A stretch of 57,513 nucleotides of DNA, filler included, from Bipalium vagum (taxonomy: Eukaryota): the NCBI GenBank assembly GCA_037834085.1. It is 3 parts of 3 records of this genome, joined end to end, with 100 filler letters (N's around TTAATTAATTAA, not from the genome) between each part and the next. Parts side by side here need not be neighbours in the genome. Positions count along the whole stretch, not along the records: positions 21,439 to 41,532 come from JBBMKC010257904.1; 2 more parts are not named here. One strand, 5' to 3'. Both the position numbers and the translations under genes were made by a program. The notes under the pieces were generated by a model. The model saw only the letters and a program-made list of their open reading frames with translations. It made no database searches and had not been told where the DNA came from. Below, in pieces: positions 25,201 to 38,730 of the stretch (position 1 is the first letter of the stretch; each line of letters opens with the position of its first letter).

Positions 25201-26849
25201 AGTGGGGCCGTGTATTGATTTGAGCAGTGTAATTGGTCGATTGCGTGCTATTGGCTGTATTTGGGGTGCCGTACATTTGTGCCTAAATGCAGCAAAAATT
25301 CGAGATCCCGATGATTTTGCTTACAGCTGTTTGAAGGAGGGTCATCGACCACTGTGTGCCGACGAAATTAACGCAGTTGAAGGAAGGTGTGTAGAAATAG
25401 ATAAATCTATAATTGCTTTTTTATATTTCATAATTCCTCAGAAACGACGCATACAAACACCTTCTGGAATCGCTAAGCGATCAATTGGAAGCAAGCAGAT
25501 ACAGTGCTCAACTGAAACCATTAGCAACAGCTGTGAAAGGCGATTGTAGGGACGCAAGTTCAATGTTCCCCAATAATACTGTACGGAGCAATGCAGCCAA
25601 CGATTTGAAAATTATTCTGAACACAATATTCGATCGAAAAGACGATGTCATGGCACACTTTGAGGTGTATTCGTGGATGATCGATAATCATTTGACCGAT
25701 GACATTCTGCAATTCAATACGGCTCATTTGGAAATTTATTTGCAGCATCGATTACAAACAGATCCTCAGAGTGTTCCTGCAAAACATCTCCTGTCTCGCC
25801 ACTTTGAATTACAAGGACGATTATTGGAAGCCGCGAAAGTATTGGACAATTTGGCAGTGTCTGAGTGCGGTAACTTTGGTCTGGACCAGCGATTGGAATG
25901 CTTGAGTCGGGCCATTGTATTTGTCAAGGCCATTATTGGCGAGAGCCAGAATTTTGAAATTGATTATCTGAAAAATCTGGAGGACAAGGTAGAAATTTGC
26001 CATTTGCAACAGCAAATATTGGAGGAGATCGGCGATCAGCCTGGCTCGAGCGGCGAAGAGTTGAACAGTCGCCTGTTTACCATTTATCAATTACTGACTG
26101 ATTATGCTGAACCATATGATTTGACGGTTTCGAAATTATCTATTTTATTGGTCAATGGACAGAACGTTGGTTTTGAATGATTGATTTTTTTGAAATTTGT
26201 GAATTTTGTTGCGGTAGGACCCGACTAACATTAGGATTATTTGGGAGGAAATTCTGGAGAAAGAGATGGAGAAGCTAAACGAAATCGATTCCATGGAGAC
26301 TCGACAGGTCAGTTTGAAACAGACAGTGATGCAAGTTGCCAACAAATTCAAAGCCTGTGCATCGTTTTTGCCATTGGGTTTGGAAATTAATTGATTTTTG
26401 AAATGAGCTTTATGTGTTCGATCTAGACCTGATAATATGCCACTTGGAGTGTTACTGCGAGTCATGCGATTTCCCGGACGACTGGACTGTTTCTTGTTTT
26501 ACGGGGATTGATATTCCAATTGTCAGGATTGTTCAGGCCTATTTCGAGATCTTGAGGACCAAGAACCAGGAGGTTAAAAAGAACACCAATCGCATTTATT
26601 CTTCTTTGTGTATTGCCTTTGATATATTCATTCATACTCCCATGAACAGCAGAGAAAAGTGAGACTAGATTTGGTTTTGTGATTTGTATTGAGTTTGCCG
26701 CTGTTTTTAGACAAATCTATTCCAACCAGTTCACTGATATTATTGCATCCTGTCTGATTCAGTTACAAAGTAAATCGGATTCCAATTCGTTGTCGCTGGC
26801 CGAGAAATTTAGTTCTTATAAATCATTAATGGAAAAATTTATATGTTGA
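22291..26849 (+). CDS. NUP155: nuclear pore complex protein Nup155 (Nup154/Nup157/170 family), 14 exons, ~1260 aa
   Basis: The spliced N-terminus reads SISGLKDSDYP...IPMELQEH...[58 protein letters not shown]. Also LMAVTHTGVRLYF and LDQRLECLSRAI...LEDKVEI. 13 phase-consistent GT-AG introns; TGA stop at 26847-26849. Confidence 0.95.
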
Positions 26850-27299
26850 TAGAATAAATGTATTTTTATAAAAGCTTGTTTTTTTAGTAAATTTTAAATC
26901 TTTCTTTTTGATTCAAGCATTGCAGGAAGATACTTGGATCAAATTTTTCTATTATCTCTTTCAATGTGTAGTACAATTTTATTATTAAATTGAATCTCCT
27001 AATTGAAAAGTGGTTTTTATTTTTTTTACATAGGCCAGAATCAATGAAAGTTTGCGTATAAAAATTTGTGTGGCTTCTTTTAAATTAAAATTTTAAATCG
27101 AAAAACAAAATTCGAAATCTTTTAATATTTATCAATTATTTAGACCTTAAAAAAGTTAATAATTATGGGTGCTTAATAACTTGGTGTATATTATGAAAAG
27201 TTACAAAGATATTTATAAAGGGAATCATGATGATAGGATATATTATACTTTTGAAGAATATAGTAATATTCTTTTTATCCAAGTCGGTTGCTAGGTATG

Positions 27300-27650
27300 T
27301 TTGAGATCTTTTAGTTGAGAAAACACATCAAACTCAAAATATTATATTTAATTTAATTCCATTCGACAAAACCAATTACTTAAAGTGGCCATAACAACCT
27401 CTGCAAAATTATGGGAACGAACAACCTATATAATCTTTCGATTTCTTTCGATCATTTCACTCGTCATCAGTATTACTATCTGAGATGGGTTGTAAAGGGC
27501 TACTTTCACGAAATTCATATTCCAAATCTCTGGAATTCTTCAGACCATTTGTAAACATTTGTTTTAGAGAATGCTCTCATTCCTAAAGCTAAATAGAGTC
27601 GATCTATTATTTATCTGCCGAAATGATATAAATTAAAGAGAATATTTCTT
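27300..27650 (-). mobile_element. degenerate mariner N-terminal (HTH) remnant
   Basis: AFSKTNVYKWSEEFQ...SNTDDE resembles the mariner ALSxxxVxxWxxxF...TDEN segment. Confidence 0.45.
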
Positions 27651-28764
27651 AACTCGGTTTTTGAAGTTTATTTGATATAAAAATTGTTGCTCGCCTGGTG
27701 ATAAGTTTAACAACGACAATTGAATGCGTTGTGGTTCCGTGGGAACCTACCATTTTTTATAATTGAACCGAGTAAACTTTAGTTGTGTAATTCCGGTATG
27801 GCGCAATTATACAATGGCTTTTTAAATGACAGGTACAAGGGAAATTGTTACGTGAAATCTGTTGACTATGATGGCAGTACACGACCATCGAAAAGTCTCT
27901 ATAAGATTCAAGACACTACTCTAACGATTTAGAAAGAAACTACAATTTCCTACATACGTTTTCTAATGAAATCATTTCTAAGGTCTGTCAATCGAAACTG
28001 TTGTTCAGTACAACATTTAACAAATTCAGAGAGTTGTCATTCCACACTTTTACAGTCATGTTTTTCAAGATTAATTTTACTGGGGGAAATCGATTCTCAT
28101 TGCTGCAATTGGTAAATACATTCTTTTTGAACTTTATCAAGAATATATTGAATTTTTCTCTGTTCTTTTGAATTTATTGTTTTTCTAAAAAATTTTCTGT
28201 AATCTCACGTTTACCAAATCTTTTCACGTTGTAGCCAGTTTTAGGTGAAAGGTTCTAATTTTTTTAAACTTTTTAAACTTTTTTAATAATTAATTAAATT
28301 ATTGAACGAAGTAATCTTTTAAATCACGCCTATCGGAAAATAATCAATATCAGCTTATCTCCAATTGAAATCTATATTTTTCTTTTACGGGGATTTTATT
28401 ATTGGAGTTCGATTTGGGTAAAGGGATTTGAAAAAAATTAATTATTTTTCTGCGAAGAAATGAATTTTTTTGTATTGTGAATAAAGACCGATTTAAAATA
28501 ATAAAAATTAAAATCTAAAATTGAAAATAAATAATGATTTTTTATCTTTAATTAATCGATTTTCTCGATAAACATACTGAAATAAATATTAATCAATTTA
28601 CAGTTTTGATTTAATTTTGAAAAAATCAAATATTGATTGCTAAAACTAATGATTTTTTAAAATCTTTTCTTAAAAATTTTCAGTGTCTATGTCCATTAAT
28701 AGATCTTTGTGCAGATTTAAAACGGTAAAATAAATACTATTGTTCCTCGGAAGTTACAATATTT

Positions 28765-29000
28765 TGAATTACCTATGTAATTTCACTCGACTTAAATAGT
28801 GTAAGAACTTGGTCGCATTAAATGACCAAGCAACGAACGGTCATATTGCTCTCTTGAGGGATTCAAATAATCTAAAGGCCGCTGGTTAATCAATATCAAA
28901 ACCTGATGAAGATGACTGCTGGATAAGCAAGAAAAACGAGCAAGATGATGCTTGATGCAGATTTTCCTCGAAAGAGGGATGCTTTTCTTAAATAAATTTT
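28765..29000. repeat. dispersed repeat, diverged copy at 48590-48826
   Basis: Shared blocks in the same order: ttacct..taatttca..gacttaaat.gtgtaagaa, acca.gcaacg, tcat.ttgctct, cctcga..agg.atg, aaataaattttt. Confidence 0.65.
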
Positions 29001-29180
29001 TGTTATTGTTGAAAATATTGAAAAATCTTTATTTTTCATTTTTAAAATGGAAAATTATTTTTTCATTTCGTCTTATAATGATTTCCAACTGATTTTTTTA
29101 TTGATTTGCTATTAATAGTGTGGTTCTTTTTCTTAATTTTCTAAAATCGGTCCCAGTGTAATTAATTGCTTTTATTATTA

Positions 29181-29992
29181 TACAGGATGTTTATTATGTG
29201 TGTTAACATACTTTCATTTTAAATATTTTAACAAACAATAAAGATATAAAGTAGGTAATACTTTTTTATTTGAATAATATATATTTAAAAACAAATACAA
29301 TATGTAATTATATAATTTTTTTTTTAGGGTTAGAGTAGACCCAATAGCTGCAATTTTGGCTGTTAACAACTCAATTGAGTATGAACTTATCCTCGCCTGA
29401 CCATATTATCTTGTTGACCAAGTAAGAGTCATTTTGGAATTGTACCAACATTGTCTGACAAAATTTCATTCTTCGGTCAAAGTCGTCATCGCTGATCTGA
29501 ATTATGGTTGACGGCTTAAATGAATGAAAGCCTGCTTCATTAATTGCCTTGTAATAACTGCTGACAGTCATCTCAAGTTACCTAGCGCCCTGCCGAACAG
29601 ACAAAATGCTAAATTCTTCAACCAATTTTTTCAATTTTTGAATTGCTTTCGTTGTTAATACGGATTGAGGTCGGACGGATTTTACTTGGTCATGAACACT
29701 TCCAGTCTTCTTAAACGTTTCCACTATTTTTGTAATTGTTTGCCTACATGGTTTTGGAGTGATAAACTTTTTTTTCCAATGCCTAATTACTTCTTCAAAA
29801 TTATTAAATTTGAAGTTCCATACAACAATTTGAATTCTCTATTCCATCGAAAAACGCAAAGCCAATTTATTTTAAAATTAACTAAATGGATTATTAAACT
29901 TTTAATCCAAATAAACAAATTAGTAATACCTTTATCTTTTAACTTGAAATTTAAAAATAAAGTATGTTAACATACATAATAAACACCCTGTA
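29181..29992 (-). mobile_element. internally deleted Tc1/mariner-superfamily element (rosa/DD41D-like) with 32-bp TIRs and TA flanks
   Basis: TIRs CAGG(A/G)TGTTTATTATGT(G/A)TGTTAACATACTTT. Decayed ORF FKKTGSV...DFDRRMKFC...IIWSGEDKFILN*VVNSQNCSYW..NP, truncated after the first catalytic motif. Confidence 0.9.
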
Positions 29993-30358
29993 TATAATAT
30001 TTTATTATTTTCTCATATTTTTTTAATATAAATTTCAAAAAAAGTTATTTGTTTTTAAGAATCATTCATTATAATTATAAATAAAACTATAAAAATTAAA
30101 AACTTTAAAATAAAAAATTGAAGTTTTTAGAAATCTGTTTTTATGAACTAATAATGAAGGGAATCAGAACATTTATATAAACCTGGTCGTTTTCGATGAA
30201 ATCTAAAAGATCGTAGTTGACATCACTATAATTTTGTCAGAGGCGACTGTTTGTCATTTTTATTTAACGATTTTAATGTTTAAAAATATATTCTTTAATA
30301 AATGGATAAAGTTAACATTTAAAGCTTAGTTCATTCAAATCACACATTTTAAAAAATT

Positions 30359-30900
30359 ATAGTAGAACCCAGATGTAAGAGAATGTAAAGGATTATAGAA
30401 TTTTTTTCTTACACCCGGGTTCAGGAAGTTTGATAAAGATAATTTTACGCAATAAGTATATTAGAGACTAATGCAATATTACAATAATTTTTTGAAAACC
30501 GAAATAATTTTTGATTTTTTATTGCATAGGTAGAGTAAATATTTTTCATCACTCTATTTTCTACAGCATGAAATTCCTCGTATTCAGCTCAGATTTCAAC
30601 ATGTAATAGACTCGTAGCGTTTCAAGAACCTTAATAACTTCTTGTAGAAGTGGCTTTCTTGGAGGTTCAGGTTCAATATTCCCTTCAACATTTTCTTGGA
30701 TATTTTTCTCATTTAGAACAAGATTAATAATATCTTCATCGCTAAGGTGACCGTAACAATAAAGGTTTTCATCACAATCGATCATTCAATAAATTATTTT
30801 GAGCTTATTACTAGTGAATAGAAGTTTATGTCAACTGCTACTCTGTTGAAAATATTACTTTTGTCTCTCTTAGATCGGAAGCCTTTCTTTTTAAAATTAT
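30359..30900 (-). mobile_element. Tigger/pogo (TIGD-like) C-terminal remnant
   Basis: IDCDENLYCYGHLSDEDIINLV...EVIKVLETLRVY. Terminal TAGTAGAACCCAGATGTAAG resembles a Tigger TIR. Confidence 0.7.
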
Positions 30901-30934
30901 CAGTTTGTTTTAATTTCGTTTTTATTTTCATTTA

Positions 30935-31008
30935 TTATCAATTAGTTTGTTACTATTATCAATTAGTTTGTTACTATTCCATTTAGTTTGTTACTTTTAT
31001 CAATTAGT
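30935..31008. repeat. 21-bp tandem repeat, ~3.5 copies
   Basis: Unit ttatcaattagtttgttacta with minor variants. Confidence 0.85.
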
Positions 31009-31450
31009 ATGGAAAATGGTATACTGTAATTTAAATTTAATTAATATTTAAGCCGATATTTATTAATTCCAATTTAATAATGCAGTGAGTCACAAATTTA
31101 TTTACTCTCAATAGAAATATTGCAAAATTAATTAATTATATTTCTTAAATTAATATATTTTAAATATCTTGTTTAATTAAATTGTTTTAAATAGTTGAAT
31201 AACATCATTTTTTGAATAATAAATTTTAGATCCATTTTTTATAGAAATCATAATTAAATGAAAAAACTTAATATTAATTTTTTTATATATTTATTATTTC
31301 TAAGAAATTATTTATTTATCTATTCAATTTTAATCTTATCTTCTTTATTTTATATTCTTTATGTTTATTTCTTTTTGATAAATTTTTATTGGTTAGGATT
31401 TAAATTTAAATTAACTAATAAAATTCGAAATATCAATTTATCGGTAACGA

Positions 31451-31921
31451 TATAGTATCTCCCCAGTTCGATAATGTAAATATCAACAAAATAAACTAAA
31501 TATCAATGAATAAAATTATTAACAAATAAAAATAAAAAAACCTTGAAAAAGTTCAAATTTGACAGGGTAACCATAGTTACCTAATAAAATAATATACTTA
31601 AACAAAATATAAAATAAGAATTTTTTAAAAATCTATATTTTTAAATGAAATTTAATGGTTTTTAAGCGTAAATTAAACTATAACCATATTCTAATAATAT
31701 TTAAGACAAATTGTTTGCTTTAACCCTAACCATAATTAATTGAATAATTTCAGATGTATTTTTAGAATTTTTTTCCCTAACACTAACGATAATTAAAAGA
31801 ATAATTTTAAATGTAATTAGATTTTTAAGTCATAACCATAATCTGATTGGTTATTGATTATTACTCTTAATTTTATTGGTCCATATTGGCGATCTTATAA
31901 AAAAGCGGAGGAGATACTATA
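31451..31921. mobile_element. candidate MITE with 12-bp perfect terminal inverted repeats
   Basis: TATAGTATCTCC ... GGAGATACTATA flanking an AT-rich non-coding interior with (C)CTAAC-like motifs. Confidence 0.5.
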
Positions 31922-31999
31922 CCATAGCCTGGATCTGTTTCACTTTTGAGTCTCTTCTTAGAACTATTGACATGGAAAAACAAACAAAAATCTATTGCA

Positions 32000-32870
32000 G
32001 AGAAATCTTAAATATAGCAGATGGCATATGATCTCTAACCAATTTGTGTTATCTTGTTTTGCCACCTGCGGCCACGCATTATATTAAAGAAAAATCTTGT
32101 TTTTCTCCACAATTTTTTATTTATTTTTTGTTATTGAACACAAAACTTGTCGGCGATAAGAGTTTCTTTCATTTTTATATTGACGTACAAGATCTAAAAT
32201 AATTTCGTTTATTGTTAAAAAATGTTTTTTGAGAATCCACATCTTTTTGGTACACTATTTAAACAACGTTATTAATTTTTATGAATTCTATGATCTCTAG
32301 GATATCACCTGATAGCCCCAACAATTAAATTGCGTTTGGTGAACCAGATCAGATCATTGAGAACAGAGTTTTAAAGTTTGGTATTCCTTTGTATGAGGGA
32401 TAGAAAATCAAGTTAGTGTCAACGCTAGACTTTGTACACCATAGAATAGTTTCTGATCATCTGATTGGAGCGCAACCTCTTTATAGATAGATCGTGACCC
32501 TCTGTGTCAATTGGTGTGCCAAATTGTGAGTGAAGCGGGTAACATTCCCTAAAAGGCAGAAAATTCAACAATTAAATCCAAATAGACCCCCTTTCTTAAA
32601 CAAGGAAAAAGTTATAGTCCTTGTTAAAAATCTCTTCATTCCCTAGAAGCAATGTAACTTTTAATGGAAATGAATAAGTTAAAACTTGAAATTTTACAGT
32701 TTTAATATTTAGTAGAATGTTTTCATTAATTCCAATCTTTTGGGAATGAAGGATACAATCTTCTTGCATAGATTTGGAGAAAGTTTGTACCATTAATCGT
32801 GAACTGACTTCCATAATCATTCAGCAGAGTTATGTGCCATTGTTGAAACTTTCATTTTTAGGATACCCCG
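32000..32870 (-). mobile_element. highly decayed LINE-type RT C-terminal remnant
   Basis: SQKIGINENILLNIKT...LLLGNEEI resembles the post-YADD GLxINxxKTK...GExIExV region. Raised GC, many stops. Confidence 0.35.
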
Positions 32871-33133
32871 GAAATTTTCTTTTAAATTTATCTTTATTTA
32901 TGTAAAAAGAATAGAAGCGATTATATTTGTGTTCCTAATTGAAAAAGAAGATATGCGATAAATAATTATAAAACAGTCAAATTGGCATTCTGTATTGTCA
33001 AAATAGATACTGATATATTGATAAATCTGAAAATGTTCTCATATTTTACATTTCAATGTACAAATGTCCACGAAAATATACCAAGAAGAATCACACCGAG
33101 ATGTTAACAATTGAAATAATTGAGTATTGTTGC

Positions 33134-35317
33134 CTATAAATCAAAGCGCATCTGTTCGAAAATCTTCAAGTACTCCAAAGCAGCAATGTAACAAAAGTGG
33201 TACTGGTCTTCGGTCTGTATCAGAGCAGGACGTTGCCACCGGAGCAGTTTGACGGTTTGGAAAAGGTCGATGACGCTTTCATTTGTCATTCTTTCAATGA
33301 TATTGGACAGTGCCAGAAATATTCCCGTTCGTCCGGTTCCCGCACTTATTTGTATAAACGCAAACGGATCTTCATGAAAACAACAAAGGAAATATATTTT
33401 CATACCTGCAATGGACGGTAATTGGACCGTCTTGACCGAGCTGGACTTTTGTTTTGTGAACCTGATGGATAAGGTCTAAAAACACTTGGGTCGACAGGGG
33501 AATACTTTCACTATCCTGCCATTCCGTAAACTGAAATTGTCTAATCACTTTACTCTGGGAATCGCGGGTATCTGTCAATTTGAACTCTCTAATTAAATAA
33601 GTCGTCATATTGTACTCAGCTATTGGATCGACAATAAAAAACTGATAGCGCGACGACCTTATATTGGGCCAGTATTGATAGCATCGCTCCTGTTTGGAAA
33701 GATAAAAATCATGAAAGAGAGCTCTTGTCTAATTGATAATGAATCAATAAAATCTACTCTATTGTTTTCTTTCAATTGAGTTAACATCACTATTATTGAT
33801 GAGTTGTGTTCCCATATGGTCCTCCAGAAATCTTCACAGGTTTCCTGGAGAGGAGATTGAGCAGCGATATAGGCTTTTCGAGACTTATAACCATCTATCC
33901 AGCTGGCATTGATATAGTCGGACCCCTCTACGCCTCGAATCGGACAAATGTTCACTCTACTGAAATCTGGCGGCAATATTTGCATGATCCGGTTTTTCGG
34001 TTGATTGACCTTCGGAACAGAATGAGCCAACCTTCGAAAATGGAACAAATAATAACCCATACCATTTGGGTAGCCGTCTCGTATGTCAGGGGCTGGTAAT
34101 TCATTACAACGTTACCATGAGATGTTGATGGAGTTGAGCAATGGGAATTACTGTTATTGTTGTTATTATTACTGAACTTTATTCCTTGAAGAAATCCCTC
34201 GGAACTTAGAATCAAGTTCTCAAATTCCATCTGAAGTCCCGTCATCTGAATTCCGTCGACTGTTTTATGTGTGATTTCTATTTGGTTTAATTTCTCAATG
34301 TGATGAGGCAATTCTGATACTGGTACTTCTGTGTTGCCACACTGGACTGCTTCCAGCAAAGTCTCATATATAAATATATATTGATCTTCCGTTTGGACCA
34401 TGTAATTTCGTTGAGCTCGGATTGTTGTGACATAGTTGTAAACGTCTATCGTGTTATCGTATCGCAATCTTTCAAGCATATAGTCAATGACAATGAAAGC
34501 CCCTAAAATACTGATAAACATTTTTCCATTTTCCGTTGTTCCCACCTGTTCGACCGACACCTGCTGAACAATGGACGACAATTGGACCAGAATTTCGACG
34601 AATTTCTGAATGAACTCGTCGCAGAAACATAAGTAATGGTGCAGGGTGGTTTGGAACACCATGGTCAGGCCAAGCTGTGAATTGTAATTGGTAAACCTCA
34701 CGTATATTGCTGTTGTCACTAGAATTAGGTCAATAAATTAGCGGAATGAACCGGGAAATTTTCTCACTTCACTTTTTGGATATGAAATCTTCGAATTGTA
34801 TAGTAAGCCAATTCCGTAATGTCAACAATTGTGACGTTGACGTAACTATATGTTGCAATAGAACCCTTTCCACCAATAGGCCAATACTGATCGCACTTGG
34901 TCCGGTCTCTTTCTTCTAATCTGGTCATCATTACTATTACCGATGAATTTTGCTCCCACATCATCCTCCAAAAATCTCCAATGGTTTCAGCCAGGGGACC
35001 CTGAGTTGCAATATATGCATTTGGATTCAAATACCCACTAATATAATTGGCATTTATGTAATCAGAGCCTGGTATAATACTGGTTTCAACAGAATTTTTT
35101 TGCGCCATAAGTGGCTGCAACACCACACGGCTGTGGTCATAGGCAATGACATTAGCATAGCGGTTCTTTAGTCGATTTATTTCCATATTAGAATTATTCC
35201 ACGTAAATTGTTGGCCTGGTTCAATTGATTCGTACTCTTTATTGAAGAGTCTTCCTTCATTTTCTTTAAGAAGTCTCACATGTTCCGTCAGTGATTCGAT
35301 GGGTATAGGCGCATAAT
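33134..35317 (-). CDS. Lar: LAR-type (type IIa; PTPRF/PTPRD/PTPRS family) receptor tyrosine phosphatase, cytoplasmic D1+D2 exons; 5' exons not identified
   Basis: [54 protein letters not shown] and [11 protein letters not shown] (D1). [25 protein letters not shown]|AGTGRTG and [17 protein letters not shown] (D2). Short GT-AG introns. Confidence 0.93.
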
Positions 35318-35995
35318 CTAAATTATATATGTTTAAAATAATTATTTCACATCATATTTTGAAGATTATTTATTTATTTAATAATCTTCTCCTGCGACCT
35401 ATATACAATGTATTATAAGACTTCATTGTATGGTCTATAGATATTAATATATTATTATAAAAACCTGAAGTACGTTAGACTTAAAAAACCCAAATTGAGA
35501 AAATGTTTTGGTTTTTCATATTCTGGATCCATGTTTATTATTTTTTAAATAGTATTGACCAAAGACATTTCGTTATTTTTTTTGAAATATGTTTTAATAT
35601 TTATGATAATTAAACCTTTGGAAATTATGAAATTTGAAAGTGTGAATACTCACTAACAAAACAATATGGTATATATTTGAAATCGATTTTATATATTTAT
35701 GTAAATACATCCATTTAAAACAAGAGCGCGTACCTACGGACACTTAATAAATTAGTATTACCTATAATATTTCAAAGATATAAATATTATTACTGGAATG
35801 ATACTAGCAAAATTTAACACTGTAAATATTATTATATTATTAATTATATTATTATTATTATTATACATATTAACATTTATAATTATTTTAATTGAATAAT
35901 AATTATTATATGACCCATAATTATCAATTTGGATACTAATATTAAAAAAAAGAAATTTAAAACTTAAGGCATTTAAAAAGATTATAAGATCATTC

Positions 35996-36252
35996 TACAG
36001 TACCTGGCCATTGAAATAGACTGATACAAAAAATATTGTTTTTTGACGTAAGAAATTAAACCGATTTAATGAAAACCATTTTGTAGAAATTAATTTTTAT
36101 TTACTTTTGACCAAAGTGTGTCTCCGTAGTGTTTGAATTTCACTCCCCAAACTAGTCTCTTCTTTATCATGGCCGGTGTTAACTTATACTTTATGGTTAT
36201 ACCACTGCTTTTAAAATAATACTTGAGTCTATTTCAATGGCCAGGTACTGTA
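35996..36252. mobile_element. Tc1-type MITE, 253 bp, with perfect 25-bp TIRs and TA target duplication
   Basis: TA-CAGTACCTGGCCATTGAAATAGACT ... AGTCTATTTCAATGGCCAGGTACTG-TA. Confidence 0.92.
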
Positions 36253-38469
36253 AAATATATTTAGTATAAATTATTTTATTTATTTAGTATTTATTGTTAT
36301 TTATTAAAATAATCTGTGATAAACAGTTTGTTAATTAAACAAAAGAAAGTGCCAACTGTAACTCATGATATGAATCTTGTAGATCCATTGTTTATCAGCA
36401 GCTCAGCTGGTGAAGATTATGCCAAAGAAGTCAAATGAAATAAGTCGTTTGAAAATATATACTTTTATTTTTGCCTATATTTTATAAGGTCATCTTGTAT
36501 TATGGATCACACAGAGAAGTATGGCACCCAGACTAAGACGCAAAAAATAATATTAAAAAAATATTCGTTTTACATAGAAATATTGTATTGTAATTATTTA
36601 TTTCTTAAATTAGGATTTTTTTTCATTTTTCAATTACTATTTTTTCCAATTATACATAATAGTCCATTTTATAGTTCATTAAAAAGTATCTATAATTGTT
36701 TATATTTATTGTTAATATTTATAAAAAAAAATTTGTTACATATTAATATTTTATTTTTTTTAGCTAAAACTGTATTAAATAAAAGAGTAATAATTTTAAT
36801 ATTTCAATCGACTATCAGTTTAATTTCCAATTTTTTGTGAAGGTCATCACGAATGCTTTCACAATTTTAAATAATAATTTTTTGATTGGTTCCTAAAATG
36901 AGTTATGATTTTGTAGTCTTCAATAATTTACGAGGACTAAATATGTTCATATTGTGGAAATTGAAAACTGATTGAATTTTTAAAATTTCGTACAGAATAT
37001 TATAATTTTTAATTTGTTGAAAATATAATATTTATATTAAACTGAAATAAAAATGCTGAATAATTGAAGAAAAGAATAAGCCATCAATGTTTAAATTGAT
37101 TAAATTTAAATTAATATTAAAGTAATGATTTAAACATTATCGTAAATTAAAAGTTATATAAATTTTAAAAATAATTAAATATCGATTTTTAAAATAAATA
37201 ATTAATGATTTTTTAAAAATGATTAGTTTATTTATATATTAAATAAAGAGGAAGCACTTTTTCAACTACTCAATTATTTTCATAAATAAATATTATTTTA
37301 AAATTTGACTTAATAAATTTAAACAACACGAATAACGCAGCAGTTACCGTTTTTTCACTGTCATTTATGCCTATAAAGGTATTTTTATTTTTCACTATCC
37401 TGATATCTAATTTCTGAAAATGCTATAAAATGTTTGATAACTAAAATTGATACTGTTCTATCAAAACTAATACTTTAGTTTATTAAAAATTAATTAATAT
37501 TAGAAAATATAACAATTATTCTCATTAATTGTTTAAATCGAAAAAGTTCGATTTTAAAGAATTGTAAACAATATTATTGTTTATTTTATTTTAACAAACG
37601 ATTTTTTTTATATTCACCTTTATAGTTTACAGATAGATATGTATAAAATTATATACTGCCAATATAATCATAATCTATTGTATAAATATAAATAATATTT
37701 TATCTTTTGAACAAAATCAATTTATTTTTCAATTAAACGCATTTGGTCAGTGGAAAAAAATTTTGTCTTAACATTTATTATTATAAAACAATTTTATTAT
37801 AAAATAAATAGTTTTTTAAAATTTATTTTACTTATTTCCTTTATAAATAAATAAATTTATTATTTACCAGATATACGAAATTTAATATTCTAATGAAAGT
37901 TCTGGGTAGACTCAAAATCTGTAGAAAAAATAATACAGTTCCAGAAGAAATATGAAAATAAACAAATATTTATTATTGATAGTGCAAAATCAATAAAAAG
38001 AAAAGATTATCAATATTTTTAAATTTTATTAAGAGTCAAACTTTGAGTGGGTTTTTCTCATTTTCTCTTTCAACAAACGACAATTTTTAAGATTTCATAA
38101 TATTTTAAATCAATATTGTAAAAATCCAATTCGTTTTATCACTTCATTAAACAAGGCTTTTTTCACTTTTTGATTAATGAAATGACAGATAAATTATTCA
38201 ATTCACTGACATCATTCTTTTTGCCTAATCAGTTATTTTTATTATTCCCGTAATCATAAAATAAATAAAACTATTCAACTTTTTAGAATTTCTCAAAAAA
38301 ATAATAATGTGTTTATTATGGTTTTAGATTTAATTAAATTTCAACAAATTTAATAATAATATTTTATCAATTTAAATAATCACAACTGAAATGGCAAATC
38401 ATATCAGGTTGGTAAGAAAATAATTGCCTTTTTAACAGAAAAATGTATCATTAAAAATCTCAGAAGACG

Positions 38470-38730
38470 AAAACTCGAAGACTGTCAACTCGAAATAAGT
38501 TTATTTATTTCAATGATGTTGAAGTCCGGTCTTCTGGAATCGATCACCACTGTTGCTGGAGAAGATTTTCTTTTGCAGGAAGTAGGAAAGATGATAGAAG
38601 AAAACAATCAATAGACAATAGGCCAGGTAAGTATTTTGAATGAGCCAAGCTTTTATAATCCAAACCATTCAGGTTCTACAAGAACTGTTTTGCAACAATG
38701 TGATCGAGCATTGTCGTATAAATAATAAAA
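38470..38730 (-). mobile_element. degenerate mariner C-terminal remnant
   Basis: YDNARSH...LDYKSLAHSKYLPGLLSIDCFLL resembles HDNARPH...WEVLPHPPYSPDLAPSDYHLF. Confidence 0.6.

Noticed and set aside
28902-28940. CTGATGA...GAAA as a hammerhead ribozyme core
   Set aside because: Stem II does not directly follow CUGAUGA, and no stems I/III with an NUH site could be built.
33197-35171. Plus-strand ORFs over the PTP gene and minus-strand ORFs over Nup155
   Set aside because: They are antisense shadows of real coding exons with higher GC.
38622-38634. Minus-strand ATACTTACCTGGC, identical to the U1 snRNA 5' end
   Set aside because: No U1 stem-loops or Sm-site architecture follow, and it lies inside a mariner remnant.
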